A stretch of DNA of 64,000 bases, from contig NC_069007.1 in assembly GCF_001194135.2 (NCBI RefSeq), positions 11,110,434-11,174,433 of the forward strand, in the 5' to 3' direction. Every line of letters begins with the position of its first letter. The stretch's first letter is position 1. Positions 38,815 through 51,033 of the stretch are shown in pieces. This stretch comes from Octopus bimaculoides. Its lineage: Eukaryota. A program made the position numbers and the translations under genes. The notes below the pieces were generated by a model, which was given only the letters and a program-made list of their open reading frames with translations, did not search any database and had not been told where the DNA came from.

Positions 38815-38953
38815 NNNNNNNNNNNNNNNNNNNNNNNNNNNNNNNNNNCACACACATGTATATACATGTATATATATATGTGTTTGTGGATATATATAGA
38901 TGTATATATATTATATGTGTGTGTATAGATATACAAACACACACATATATGTA

Positions 38954-39099
38954 TATGGATCAAAACAATCTGATTCAAATTCGGAACTCTTAAGTTTAAA
39001 GCGTGATGTTAGTCGTCAGCCAAAAAATGGCTGACGACTAACATCCTGCTTGAAACTCAAGTGTACCTACGAATTTGAATCAAACTGTTTTGATCCATA
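38954..39099. repeat. 146-nt near-palindromic hairpin
   Basis: Perfect 18-bp apical stem gatgttagtcgtcagcca-AAAAA-tggctgacgactaacatc; pairing continues with few mismatches out to tatggatc and gatccata. Confidence 0.9.
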
Positions 39100-39455
39100 C
39101 ATGTGGCTCACATTTGTAGGATCGTAGTTTTGATTCCCAGACCAAGCGTTGTGAATGTTTATTGAGTGAAAACACTTAAAGCTCTACGAGGCTCTGGCAG
39201 GGGTTGGTGACAAACCCTACTGTACTCTTTCACCACAACTTTCTTTCACTCTTTCTTCCTGTTTCTGTTGTAACTGTTTTTCAAAGGGTCGGCCTTGTCA
39301 CACTCTGTGTCACGCTGAATCTCCTGAGAAGTATGTTAAGGGTACACGTGTCTGTGGAGTGCTCAGCCACTTCACTTGCACATTAATTTCACAAGCAGGC
39401 TGTTCCATTGATCAGATCAACTGCAACCTGCGTCATTGTAAGCGACGGAGCGCCA
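39100..39455 (+). mobile_element. tRNA-derived SINE, related to 38190..38520 in opposite orientation
   Basis: gggtacacgtgtctgtggagtgctcagcc..gctgttccattgatcagatc matches the reverse complement of 38200..38295. Confidence 0.8.
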
Positions 39456-39739
39456 TGATATATATATGTGTGTGTGTGTGTGTACATCTGTCAGACGGGG
39501 CCTTGATGAATGCCATGAGGCATGAAAGTATACTAGCCTTTATATATTTAATACTCTATATTTAATACTCAATATTTCATATATTCAATAAGACATTCAA
39601 TACTTCATTTCATTTTACTATTTATATTATATATTCCATATTCTATATCCCACATTAATTTTATAAGAATATAAATAAAACATAAAAAATACAGTTGGAA
39701 CTCTTTTAAATAATATATAAATAAATATACATATATATA

Positions 39740-40090
39740 TATATATTCTTTTAGATTTTTATTTGTTTCAGTCATTTGACTGCAGCCATGCTGGAGCACC
39801 GCCTTTACTTGAGCAAATCGATCCCAGAATTTATTCTTTGTAAGACTAGTACTTATTCTATTGGTCTCTTTTGCCAAACCACTAAGTGATGGGGATGTAA
39901 ACACACCAGCATTGGTTGTCAATTGATGTTGGTGGAACACACACACACACACACACACACGATGTCTTGTACTATAGCCTTGGTTGGCCCAAGGCTATAG
40001 TACCAGACACTTGCCCAAGGTGCCTTACAGTGGGACTGAACCCGGAACCATGTGGTTGGTAAGCAAGCTACTTACCATGCAGCCACTCCT
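39740..40090 (-). mobile_element. tRNA-derived SINE (31222 family)
   Basis: cagtcatttgactgcagccatgctggagcaccgcc...cacttgcccaaggtgcc..gggactgaacccggaaccatgtgg. Confidence 0.85.
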
Positions 40091-40136
40091 GCGCTTGTAT
40101 ATAAATAAATAAATAAATATATATGTATATAAATAA

Positions 40137-40193
<57 letters not shown>

Positions 40194-40526
40194 CATACAT
40201 ACACATATAATTATATATGTGTGTCTCTGTGATATATGTATTATATCTCATACAATTTAGTCTATTATCTATTTCATTTTTCTTTTCTTTTTCTGATTAT
40301 ATTGTTTTTATTTCATGGCTTTCATTATTCTTTCAACTTCAATAGAAATCATTTTTTTTATTTCACCTTATCTCAGTGGAACCACTCCTCCCCCTGCATT
40401 TCTCGTGTGCAACACTTGAGGCTCTAGTCTTAGTCTTAGGAACATTCTTATCACTAGCAAATTCTTTGCATTGACTGAATACATAAAACTGATTACATAA
40501 AAACCAAAACTTTATGTGAGTATGTA

Positions 40527-40573
<47 letters not shown>

Positions 40574-40929
40574 CCACATATATATATATTGTGTCACACA
40601 TACCATTCAGTCTGCTGTAGCATACAACAATGCAAATTTCATTGTTAAATTATACATGCACACACATGTATTGCATGTATCTATTACTACAGCCTTCTCT
40701 CATAATCAAAGTTGATTTGGTACCATATACCTTAGTTTTGCACTTGTTTTCTCTTAGGTACCCATTGAGTAGTGAGCAGGCTCAGACATTCTCTAGTTTT
40801 TGTTATCAATTAAAGCAATGATTTTGTCGTGTCTATGGAGAATCATTATGCCAATATTAATAACACACTCACTGGTTCAATTCCATTCCTTCATTAGTAA
40901 TCAATTAGTTAAATATCTCTCTTTACTCT

Positions 40930-41290
40930 TTTTACTTGTTTCAGTCATTTGACTGCGGCCATGCTGGAGCATCACTTTTAGTCGAGCAAATCGACCCCGG
41001 GACTTATTCTTTGTAAGCCTAGTACTTATTCTATCGGTCTCTTTTTGCCAAACCGCTAAGTGACAGGGACATAAACACACCAGCATCGGTTGTCAAGCAA
41101 TGCTAGGAGGACAAACACACACATATATATATATATATACATATATACGACGGGCTTCTTTCAGTTTCCGTCTACCAAATCCACTCACAAGGTTTGGTCG
41201 GCCCGAGGCTATAGTAGAATACACTTGCCCAAGGTGCCACACATTGGGACTGAACCCGGAACAACGTGGTTCATAAGCAAACTACTTACC
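40930..41290 (-). mobile_element. tRNA-derived SINE (31222 family), well preserved
   Basis: Same motifs as 39740..40090. Confidence 0.85.
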
Positions 41291-42490
41291 ACACAGCCAC
41301 TCCTGCGCCTATCCAAATAACGAATTGATCGTTTGTTTAACTTGGTTAAATAGTCAGATTTTCTAATACTTTTCTTTGTGCATCAAAGTTCTTTTGTTGC
41401 CATTCACAACCTTTGCAGTCAAATATCTATGCAACTAACCTTTTAGTTAGTTTAGGTACTTGACTAATAATAAAGGAGTGGAATTGAACCAGTGCATGTG
41501 TTGTTAATATTGATGTAGAAACTCTCCCAAGACACCTCAGCATTTGTTCCAATACATGAATTCACATAAAGAATCTTGCAATCCAGATACAAAATCGAAG
41601 GAAAGCAGTGATGTTATTCCAAATAATTAGTTGTTCCATTTGACGTTAGTAGGTTTCCAACATAGAGGTGTATCCTAAAGGGCCAGTTTATTGTAATGAG
41701 GTGGAATGGTGAAAGGTGGAATCTGAGGTGAGACAGTAAAGACCCAGAACAGATATGGCAAGGCATCACGTGGTATTGCAAGGCATCTGCCATTAAAGTA
41801 CCTGGATTAGTACTTCATTCATCAACCACTGGTATAAAGCACCTGCTCAGATATTTTAATTATCAACCACCAAAATAAAGTAACAAGAATGGTACTTTAT
41901 GTGTCACCCAGATATAGAGTACCTCACCTGGTACTTTATTTGTCAGCCATTGCAAAGTTGATCTTGGTGGGTTTTGAATGGGAGTGCAGGTACCCTGAAA
42001 ATATATCGTAACACATTCTAGATGATGCTGTAAAGAATCTACCAATTTATACACACACACACACACACACGTATATACTAGAAATAGAATACATTATCTA
42101 TATATGTATATATTCCATATTTTTAAGAGATCCTGGGACAACAGGATTTGGGATCTGATGATAGTCCATAAAACTAAACACTTTATGGACAAGAAACCTA
42201 AGGCAGTCCCATAAACCGGCCTTCCCCATTTCTCATATATACTGCTTTACATCTTAGAGTGTGCTTCTTTCAGATTTATGTTTTTTACAGACAATATATA
42301 TATATACACACACATATATATATATGTAATATGCATGTAAAGCGCGTGCGTGTGTGTGTGTGTGTGTGTTATATGCTTATTCATATGTGTATTAAACTCA
42401 TTACATGTGCTTGCTGCCTCTGAAGAATTATTTCTACCAGCCTTGAAGCATCTAGTGGAAAGACATAGAAACACAATTACAAATCATTTG

Positions 42491-42547
<57 letters not shown>

Positions 42548-42576
42548 CATATCTATATGTATGTGCATATATACCC

Positions 42577-42609
<33 letters not shown>

Positions 42610-43224
42610 TATGAACTGCTTTGTAATTATTTTCCTTCATGTCGGTCTTTCTATTACATGTTTCCAGGCAGCTGGCAGAAAGAGTTCTTTAGAGACAACT
42701 CAACACATGTAACAAGTTTCATACATACACACACATACATACATACATACATACAGGGATATTACACACACTCTCATACACAAATATACTACACACGCAC
42801 ATACACACACACGCACATATGTATAAAAGGTCGATAGATAGATTGATGGGCAGATACATAGAGAAATTTATAAAGATGAACATAGATGACTGGATAAAAG
42901 AGATAAGAGAGACAGACAGACAGATAGAGAGAGTGTGGGAGAACCCTCTTGTTGCATTGAATGATGTAACAAATATAAAATGTCTATAAATAATGGGACG
43001 GCTGAATGGTTTTGGTCGAGATATACAGTTAGATTAAGGATTTGTTTGCTTTGTTCTTTGTTTTCTTTTCCTCTTTCTCTGTGATTTGACATAGTTGTGA
43101 TATTTATTTTCATGTTGTTTACATTCAAAAGAATTTGAAACATTCAGGAAATCGGTAAGCATAAATAGATGTTAACAGTTGCCGTTTCTAAGTGTTACAA
43201 TTCTAATCAAACAGTTTCACCCTC

Positions 43225-43238
43225 ACATCCCTCGTCTC

Positions 43239-43297
<59 letters not shown>

Positions 43298-43743
43298 CTC
43301 TCCCTTTCTCTTTCTTTCTCTCTCTCCCTCCCTCTCTCTCTCTTGCTCTTTCTATGTATGTGTGTGTGTGTATACATGTATATATATATATATGTATNNN
43401 NNNNNNNATGTGTATATATGTGTGTATATATGTGTATATATATATATGCGTATATATATGTTTGTATATACATGAGTGTATATATGTGCATATATATGTG
43501 TGTAGATATGTGTATATATATGTGTGTGTGTGTATATGTATATATATATGTGTGTGTGTATATATACATATATATATATATGAACATGTATTTACATATA
43601 TTCATAACAGTGTGTATATATAATATATATATATACATATATGAATATGTAGTGTGTATATATATATGTGTGAAAATATGTATGTATTTACATATAACGT
43701 ACGTGTGTGTGTGCATGTGTGCATGTGTGTATATGTATATATG

Positions 43744-43774
<31 letters not shown>

Positions 43775-43830
43775 ATCTACATGTACATATATGTGTGTAT
43801 GTACATGTATATATATGTGTGTGTGTGCTG
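43225..43830. repeat. (CT)n followed by a degenerate (TA/TG)n block
   Basis: Directly visible. Confidence 0.9.
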
Positions 43831-44668
43831 TTCTTTATTTTATGAGAATACTACAGAGTCAAAAGTTTGAAGGAAATTACTAATCAAATGGATGGTGAAA
43901 AAAATTTGGAGAAAAAAGAGCAAAGTTTCTTAGAAAGCATACATTCTGATTTACATAAAAACATACGCTTAAATGCATCCACACACACACACACACACAC
44001 ACGAAAAAAGAGAGAAGCATATCTGTTTTGCAAACCTCGCACACTCATATATAGATGTGTGTGTGTGTGTGTGTGTTAAAAACACTTAGAAGTGCAGACA
44101 TGAGAAGAAATATATAAAATAATGTAGGGAAGTATAGAATAAAAACCAAAAACAAATACTAAAAATTTTAATAAAATATATATATGAAGAATTAGAAAGA
44201 ATTAGAAAGAAAACTGTGTGTAATAAAAGACATAATTGAGAGAGAGAACTGTACTTATATTAAATCTGGTATTGAAGATATTAAAAGGAATGAGTGAGTG
44301 CAGGATGGTAATGGTGGTGGAGGTTATTCGAGAACAAGATATGGATGAGTTAGGTCAGGAAGGAAGAGCAGAAATCAGATGAAATGTGCAATAAAAATGC
44401 GAAATGTTCATCACCAGCGTAACTCTTCTGTTGATATGTGTCTAAAATTTGTAACACTAACGGATGAACGTACACGTTGTAGGAGATAGAATATAAATTC
44501 ATAGATACATATATACGTGCATACATACACACATACATACATAAACACATACATACATAAATGCAAGCATACATACATATGTACATTCATACATATATAA
44601 ATGCATACATATTCACATATATGCTCATATACATACACATTCAAGCATGCATGTTGATACATACACAT

Positions 44669-44710
<42 letters not shown>

Positions 44711-44771
44711 CAATTTAATATGCATATCTTGATATTTATCTCTCATTGGTTGTATGTATGTATATATGTAT

Positions 44772-45175
44772 ATCATCATCATTTAATGTCCATTGTCCAT
44801 GCTGGCGTGGATTGGATGGTTTGACTGGGGCTGGTAAGCTGGAAGGCTGCACCAGACTTCAGTCTAATTTGGCATGGATGCCCTTCCAAGCACCAATCAC
44901 TCTGAGAGCGTGAAGGGTGCGTTTACGTGCCACCGGCACGGGTGCCATTTGCGTGACACCAGTATCTGCTGTGACTGCAATTTTGCTCGGCTTGATGGGT
45001 CTTCTTCTCAAGCATGACATAATGCCAAAGGTCTCGGTCATTGCCTCCATGAGGCCCATTGCTTGAAAGGAACTCAGCCATTTTGCCTCCGTGAGGCCCA
45101 ACACTTATAAGGTGCCTTTTACATGCCACCAGCACGGGTGCCAATTACGTGACACCAGCATTGGCTATGACAGGT
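44772..45175 (-). mobile_element. SINE-like element with RTE-type 3' tail and (GAT)n end
   Basis: Contains gtgccaccggcacgggtgcc twice and the tail shared with 2305 and 62730. Confidence 0.7.
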
Positions 45176-45459
45176 CTTCTCGTATATATATGTATGTCTA
45201 TGTATATATATATCTGTTTGTGTGTGCGTGTGTTTTCTTCTTGGTTCAGTCATTAGGCTGTGGTCATGCTGTTACTTATTCTATTGGTCTCTTTTGATGA
45301 ATCGCTGAGGTACAAATGTTGGTGATGTAAACACACCAACACTGGTTGTCAATTGGTGTTGGGGGAAAAACACAGACACAAACAACAAACCCACAAACAT
45401 ACACATGCACATACATATATATACGATGGGCCTCTTTTCAGTTTCTGTCTACCAAATCC

Positions 45460-45790
45460 AATGATAAAGTAATGACTAGTGACTGAGACCTTGGCAATAT
45501 ACTGTGCTTGAGAAAACTCATCAAGACAAGTGAAACTGTAGACATAGTTGCTGCCAGTGTCTTCTAAATGGTACTCGTGAAATTGTAGTCATGTCTGTTG
45601 TCAGTGTCACGTGAATGACAACCATGCTGATGGCGCATAAAAATCACCCATTACACTCTTGGAGTAGTTGGAATTAGGAAGGATATTCATCTGTAGAAAT
45701 CATTTACCAGTTCCAGTCAAACCATTTAACCCATGACAGCATGGAAAGCGGATGTTAAATGATGATGACGGCAATGACGATGACGATGGT
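45460..45790 (+). mobile_element. Same RTE-tailed family, plus orientation, more decayed
   Basis: gagaccttggcaata..cttgagaaaac..aaaatcacccattacactc..cagcatggaaagcggatgttaaatgatgatg. Confidence 0.65.
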
Positions 45791-46003
45791 TACCTTGATT
45801 GTACATGTGTTCATCAGTTTATATTCAGAAAAATATATGTGAGATGATCCTGATATGTTTCATAGCTGATTGGCCACTCCTTTGGGGAATAATACCTCTC
45901 TCTACCTGCAAAGAGAACAATCAGTTATATTTACATGCATGTACAGCATGGGTGTTATTAATTGTAGGTTAATTAGATGAAGTTTATCTCAGATTGTCTA
46001 ATA

Positions 46004-46600
46004 CAGGGGTTGCCAAAGAGGGTCCGAGAGACCCCCTAGGGGTTGGCAAGGAATTACATGGGGTCAATGATAGCCAAGGGGTCAAATGGGGGGTTGGCGT
46101 GCGAAAGACCCATACTTCACATTGATGTTGTCAATTTCAATAAAAGCTGTTCCAGCAATATGACGCATTTTACACATTTTCTAACCATGAAAACAATTTC
46201 ATAAAAATTGAAAGTTTAATGATGGATACTTTTTCTACTCTAGGTACAAGGCCTGAAATTTTGGGGGAGGGGGTCCCATTCGATTAGATCAATGCCAGTA
46301 CGCAACTGGTACTTAATTCATCGACCCCGAAAGGATGAAAAGCAAAGTCAACCTTGGTGGAATTAAGCTTTTCGCCTGGCGTGCTAATGATTCTGCCAGC
46401 TCGCCACCTTGAATAATGTCGTACATTTGCCAGCATCAGTACCCGGTACGCATTTACGATATGGTACAGTAGGGTAGGGTATTAAGATATTTTAAATGAG
46501 GAGGGTGGTCGATGTGGAAGGTGAAGTGGTTAAAGGGGGTTAATGTTGAAGGAGAATTGGCTAAAGGGGGTCAGTGGTTGAAAATGTTTGGTGACCCCTG
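46004..46600. mobile_element. hAT-superfamily non-autonomous element with TIRs and an 8-bp TSD
   Basis: TIRs caggggttgccaaa and tttggtgacccctg; flanks gtctaata (45996) and atctaata (46601) match at 7 of 8 bases. Confidence 0.85.
46230..46410 (-). mobile_element. SINE (35632 family) nested in the hAT element
   Basis: atcgaccccgaaaggatgaaaagcaaagtcaacc..gattctgccagctcgccacctt; absent from the second hAT copy at 54098. Confidence 0.8.
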
Positions 46601-47224
46601 ATCTAATACTTAAATTTTGTGTATAAAATATTTGATTTTAATGAAACAGTCACACTGCCAACAAATACCCACAATGCTAACATTAATACGCACATGCGCA
46701 CCGATATACCCGTTTGCAGGCTGTGTGATTAAGAAGTTTATTTTGAAACTATGTATTATGTAGGTTTTGGTTTCATTACATAGGTGCTGTGAGCTGGTGC
46801 CCCCTACTATATCTGTAGGCTGACCAATATCTTGTGAATAAAATTGGTTGATGGGAACAGAAGAAGCCTCTCTCCTTCCTCTCTCTCTCTCTCACACACA
46901 TACACACATTCATGTGTGCAAGTTTGTGTAAGTTTGAATTTCCCCTCATCTTCACACGTGTTTGTTGATTGTAAACAAAAGCCTCACCATTCATACAAAG
47001 TGTCATTCACTTGCAGTCCATGAAAGCTTATTTGGGCTTCTTGACGTGTCCTGAACTTGTAGGGATTTGAATTCCAACTGCGAAATTTTCATGAGTAAGT
47101 TACAATCAAATCATATGAGTTTCACGTGAACAACCTAAAAATTGACCAATCAGCTTGAAGCTATGCCAGGAACAGTATCTTGAATGTTCTTGAAATTCAC
47201 ATCCTTTTTCCCTAGTTAAGCAGA

Positions 47225-47490
47225 TTAGTGGAGGCTTGTGACTTAGTGGTTAAGGTGTTGGACTCATGATCGTAAGATTGTGATTTTAATTCCACAACCA
47301 GTCGATGCATTGTATTCTTGAGCAAAAGACTTCATTTTATGTTGCTCAAGTCCACTCACCTAGCAAAAACGAGCAACCCTGTGACAGACTGGTGTCTCGT
47401 CCAGGTGAGAAATTTATACATCATGGAAACCTGGAAACTGGCCCTTATGAACCTGGAATGGCTCGAGAAGGTAACTGTTTTTTAGTTAAG
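47225..47490 (+). mobile_element. tRNA-derived CORE-type SINE
   Basis: Head ttagtggttaagg..ttaattcc, then tgtattcttgagcaaaagacttcattttatgttgctcaagtccactcacct (CORE-like). Confidence 0.65.
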
Positions 47491-47826
47491 TAGACTGGTG
47501 CTTAAATTACAGAAGGGTGATATTGGCATTCATGCAAGACAGATCTTTGCCCTCACACAACAGACTAAGGGAAAACAATAGCAATTTATCTTTTGTCTTT
47601 CACTTTCCAGGTAGAAAATGCAGTTAAATCAATTCTTGTAACAATATGGATTTGATAACTTGTGTGTGTGTATGTGCCTAACCTTCTTTTAATAAAATCT
47701 ATTGTTGAATGTGCGTGAATTTGCTTGTGTTGTAATGTATGCAGATAGCTTTATCTCATATTCAATTAATAAAGCTGCGTCAATATTTCTCATGACAACA
47801 TGACCCTGCAAAAATAGTGAGTCAAC

Positions 47827-48110
47827 AAAGAAAGGCTTTCACTGACCAACCTGTGTGACAAATTCTTCGTAAAAAAGAAAGGCTTACACTGACCAACCAG
47901 TGGGACAAATTCTTTGTAAAAAAAGAAAGGCCTTCACTGACCAACCAGTGGGACAAATTCTTTGTAAAAAAGAAAGGCCTACTCTGACCAACCAGTGGGA
48001 CAAATTCTTTGTAAAAAGGAAAGGTTTACACTGACCAACCAGTGGGACAAGTTCTTTGAAGAAATAGAAAGGCCTACACTGACCAACCAGTGGGAGAAGT
48101 TCTTTGTAAA
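47827..48110. repeat. Minisatellite, 47-48-bp unit, 6 copies
   Basis: gaaaggc..cactgaccaaccagtgggacaaattctttgtaaaa at 47830, 47877, 47925, 47972, 48019 and 48067. Confidence 0.95.
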
Positions 48111-48334
48111 CAAAATGCTCCCTACACATACACATGATGTTCTTGGTCTCCAGTTCTCTGCATAACCATTGTCAAGGCTGTTCATTGTTTGATAAGCTGG
48201 AGAATTATTACTTTTGGTTGCACAGGTAACAGTTGGTATCAAGAATGGCAACTGGCTGCAGAAAACTCTGCTTTAATACAGTTTCATCTGACCAATGCAA
48301 ACATGGAAATTGTATCTTTCTTTTCACTTTTATA

Positions 48335-48715
48335 ATTTATTTTACTTGTTTCAGTCACTAGACTACGGCCATGCTGGGGCACCACCTCGAATAACTTCTT
48401 TAGTGAAATGTATCAACCCCAGTACTTATTTCGTTAAAAGCCCGGTACTTATTCTATTGGTCTCTATTGTGAAACTGCTAAGTTACAAGGAGATAATCAC
48501 ACCAGCACCAGTTGTCAAGCTGGTGGTGGAACAAATACACATATATATATTTATACATAAATATGATGGTTTTCTTTCAGTTTCTGTTTGCCAAATCCAT
48601 TCACAAAGCTTTGGTTGGCCCAAAGCTATAGTAGAAGACATTTGCCCAAAGTACCATGCTGGGATTGAACCTCAAACAATATGGTTGAGAAGCAAGCTTC
48701 TTACTTCACATCATG
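48335..48715 (-). mobile_element. tRNA-derived SINE (31222 family)
   Basis: Same motifs as 40930..41290. Confidence 0.8.
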
Positions 48716-49231
48716 CCTGTTGTTGATGTTTCATCTGTCAAGGACTTTTGCCATTTCTTTGCACTACCTCGCTATGTCTGCCTTGATAGATAAAAAAAGG
48801 CTTTTTCTGTTTGTATTGTATTGTTTTAGTACTGTATACATATAATTATTCCTCCTGCCTATTGTACAGCCATTAGGCATTTTGTATTGTGCATTTACCA
48901 TTCCTTGTCTGTTATATCTCGTCATTATTTCTTATTTTACAGCATGACCGCAGCCACTTGGCTGCAACACATAAATAAATAAATAAATGTTATTTTGTCC
49001 TGTCCTTGCACACATTCGTCAGCTTTTTCCTGTGCGCTATGCTCTGGTGTTCCCATTAGATAACAATGGTCTTCGTTTAAATAGCATGAAACCACTATGA
49101 CATCTCGGATAACAACTGATGAGAAAGTCAGCTGCGAATGTTCCTTATATTATGTTTTTGTCTCCCTTTTCTGTCCATTATGTTTACACCCAGTTTTTTG
49201 CCTATTTTCCCTTCTCTGTCTAACTTTTGAA

Positions 49232-49284
<53 letters not shown>

Positions 49285-49350
49285 TATATATATATACTTA
49301 GAAATGGATGCGTGGCATTCAATTAAATAATAAATAGTAAATAATATACA

Positions 49351-49399
<49 letters not shown>

Positions 49400-49689
49400 C
49401 ATATATGGGTACAGGACATCACTAATGGTTCAAACAACATGAAATACATAAGCAAACAGGTTAAATACATAAACAACGAGAAAAAAATGGAGAACAGGAC
49501 AAGTAAACACAGAGAAAGGACCCTTCATCAGTTTTTGGCTGTCTATCTACTCCTCATTTTGAGCATTCAACGACATAGTTATGAAGTGCAGAGTGAAGCC
49601 ACTTGACAGAGATTGATCTTGAATTCTGCTGTGCATGTGCACTAAGTTTTAACATTCTAGCTTACTTCCACTATTTTGAACTCAGAATT

Positions 49690-50095
49690 TAAAGACAGAT
49701 GAAATACCGCTAAGCATTTCACCCAGCGTGCTAATGATTGTACCAGCTCGCTGCCTTAATAATAATAATAATAATAATAATAATGGTTTCAAATTTTGCC
49801 TCAAGTGTAGCGATTTGTGGAGAGGGTACTAGTCGATTACAGTGACCCCAGTGTTTCACTGGTACTTAATTTATCGACCTCTGAAAGAATGAAAGGCACA
49901 AGGTCTGAAATTTTGGGGAAAGTGTCCAGTCGATTAGAGCGACCTCGCCCCAGTGTTTCACTGATACTTAATTTATTGATCCTGAAAGGATGAAAAGCAA
50001 AGCTGACCTCAGCGGAATTTGAACTCAGAACGTAAAGATAGACAAAATACTGCAAAGTATTTTGTTGGCATGCTAATGATTCTGCCAACTCACCA
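49690..50095 (-). mobile_element. Partial copies of the ATT-tailed SINE in tandem
   Basis: gaaataccgctaagcatttc..gctcgctgcctt, then (AAT)n, then two overlapping bodies with ccccagtgtttcactg(g/a)tacttaattt. Confidence 0.75.
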
Positions 50096-50118
50096 TCTTC
50101 TTCTTCTTCTTCTTCATC

Positions 50119-50158
<40 letters not shown>

Positions 50159-50171
50159 TAATAACAATAAT

Positions 50172-50217
<46 letters not shown>

Positions 50218-50229
50218 CCACCACCACCA
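50096..50229. repeat. (CTT)(AAT)n(AAC)n(CAC) compound trinucleotide repeat
   Basis: Directly visible. Confidence 0.95.
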
Positions 50230-50755
50230 GGCAGTGGCTCTCATGGCTTCTGATCATAATTGATTGGAAGTGTTATCATGTCCATTGTATAAAGGATGGG
50301 CTATGGTAAATATTCTGCTTAATACCACAGATTTGCTTGTCAGTTATTTGATCTTAACCAGTTGAGCATGTCCCTTAGTGGCTAACGATATGTGCATCTT
50401 TGATCATGAGCAGAAGCAGTGGGGGAGCATCATAGCTATGTGTTGAAAGGAATTCTTTGGAGTTTGGATAATTCACTTTTGGGAACATGGGCGTTTCGTT
50501 AAACATTTTTAAACAACTCTTATTCAGGGACTTTTTGAGTGATATGGACTACTCGACCTGAAGAAAATTCTAACTGGGCCCCACCTGCTAGGTCTTGCAC
50601 TGTTTATCTTGATATGAGATCACCATGTCACGCACATATGGTTGTGATACATGTGCCTAGTGTGCCCTTATCAGCTTGGTAGTCATGATGGGTATATTGG
50701 GTTTCGAATATTTTACCCCAGTGTCACTTTGATGGCATGCTTTGCTCTCTCACTC
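50230..50755 (+). repeat. Unclassified 526-bp interspersed repeat ending in (AAT)n
   Basis: No ORF; a partial inverse copy lies at 6345..6490; ends ctctctcactc-aataataat. Orientation inferred from the tail. Confidence 0.6.
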
Positions 50756-50793
<38 letters not shown>

Positions 50794-50796
50794 TAA

Positions 50797-51011
50797 TGGC
50801 TTCAAATATTTCCACAAGGGTAGCCATTTTGGAAGAGGGGATGTGTTGATTACATCAACCCCAGTGTTTCACTGGTACTTAATTTATCAATCCCGAAACA
50901 ATGAAAGGCAATGTCAACATCAGCAGAATTTGAACTCAGAACATAACAACAGGCAAAATACCGCTAAGCATTTCACCCTGCATGCTAACAATTTTGCCAG
51001 CTCGCCACCTT
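50797..51011 (-). mobile_element. ATT-tailed tRNA-derived SINE (35632 family)
   Basis: aatttgaactcagaac..aaataccgctaagcatttc..gccagctcgccacctt, (AAT)n on both sides. Confidence 0.8.
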
Positions 51012-51033
51012 AATAATAATAATAATAATAATA

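Noticed and set aside
47610-47775. Strong plus-strand acceptor followed by VENAVKSILVTIWI* and two AATAAA
   Set aside because: It could be a terminal exon, but no upstream exon can be tied to it and such signals are common in AT-rich DNA.
47827-48110. Possible CRISPR array or RSS-like repeats
   Set aside because: No unique spacers and no CACAGTG heptamer plus nonamer; it is a plain tandem repeat.
50019-50309. Poly-Asn ORF and antisense poly-Cys/Tyr ORF
   Set aside because: Translation of (AAT)n(AAC)n flanked by SINE sequence.
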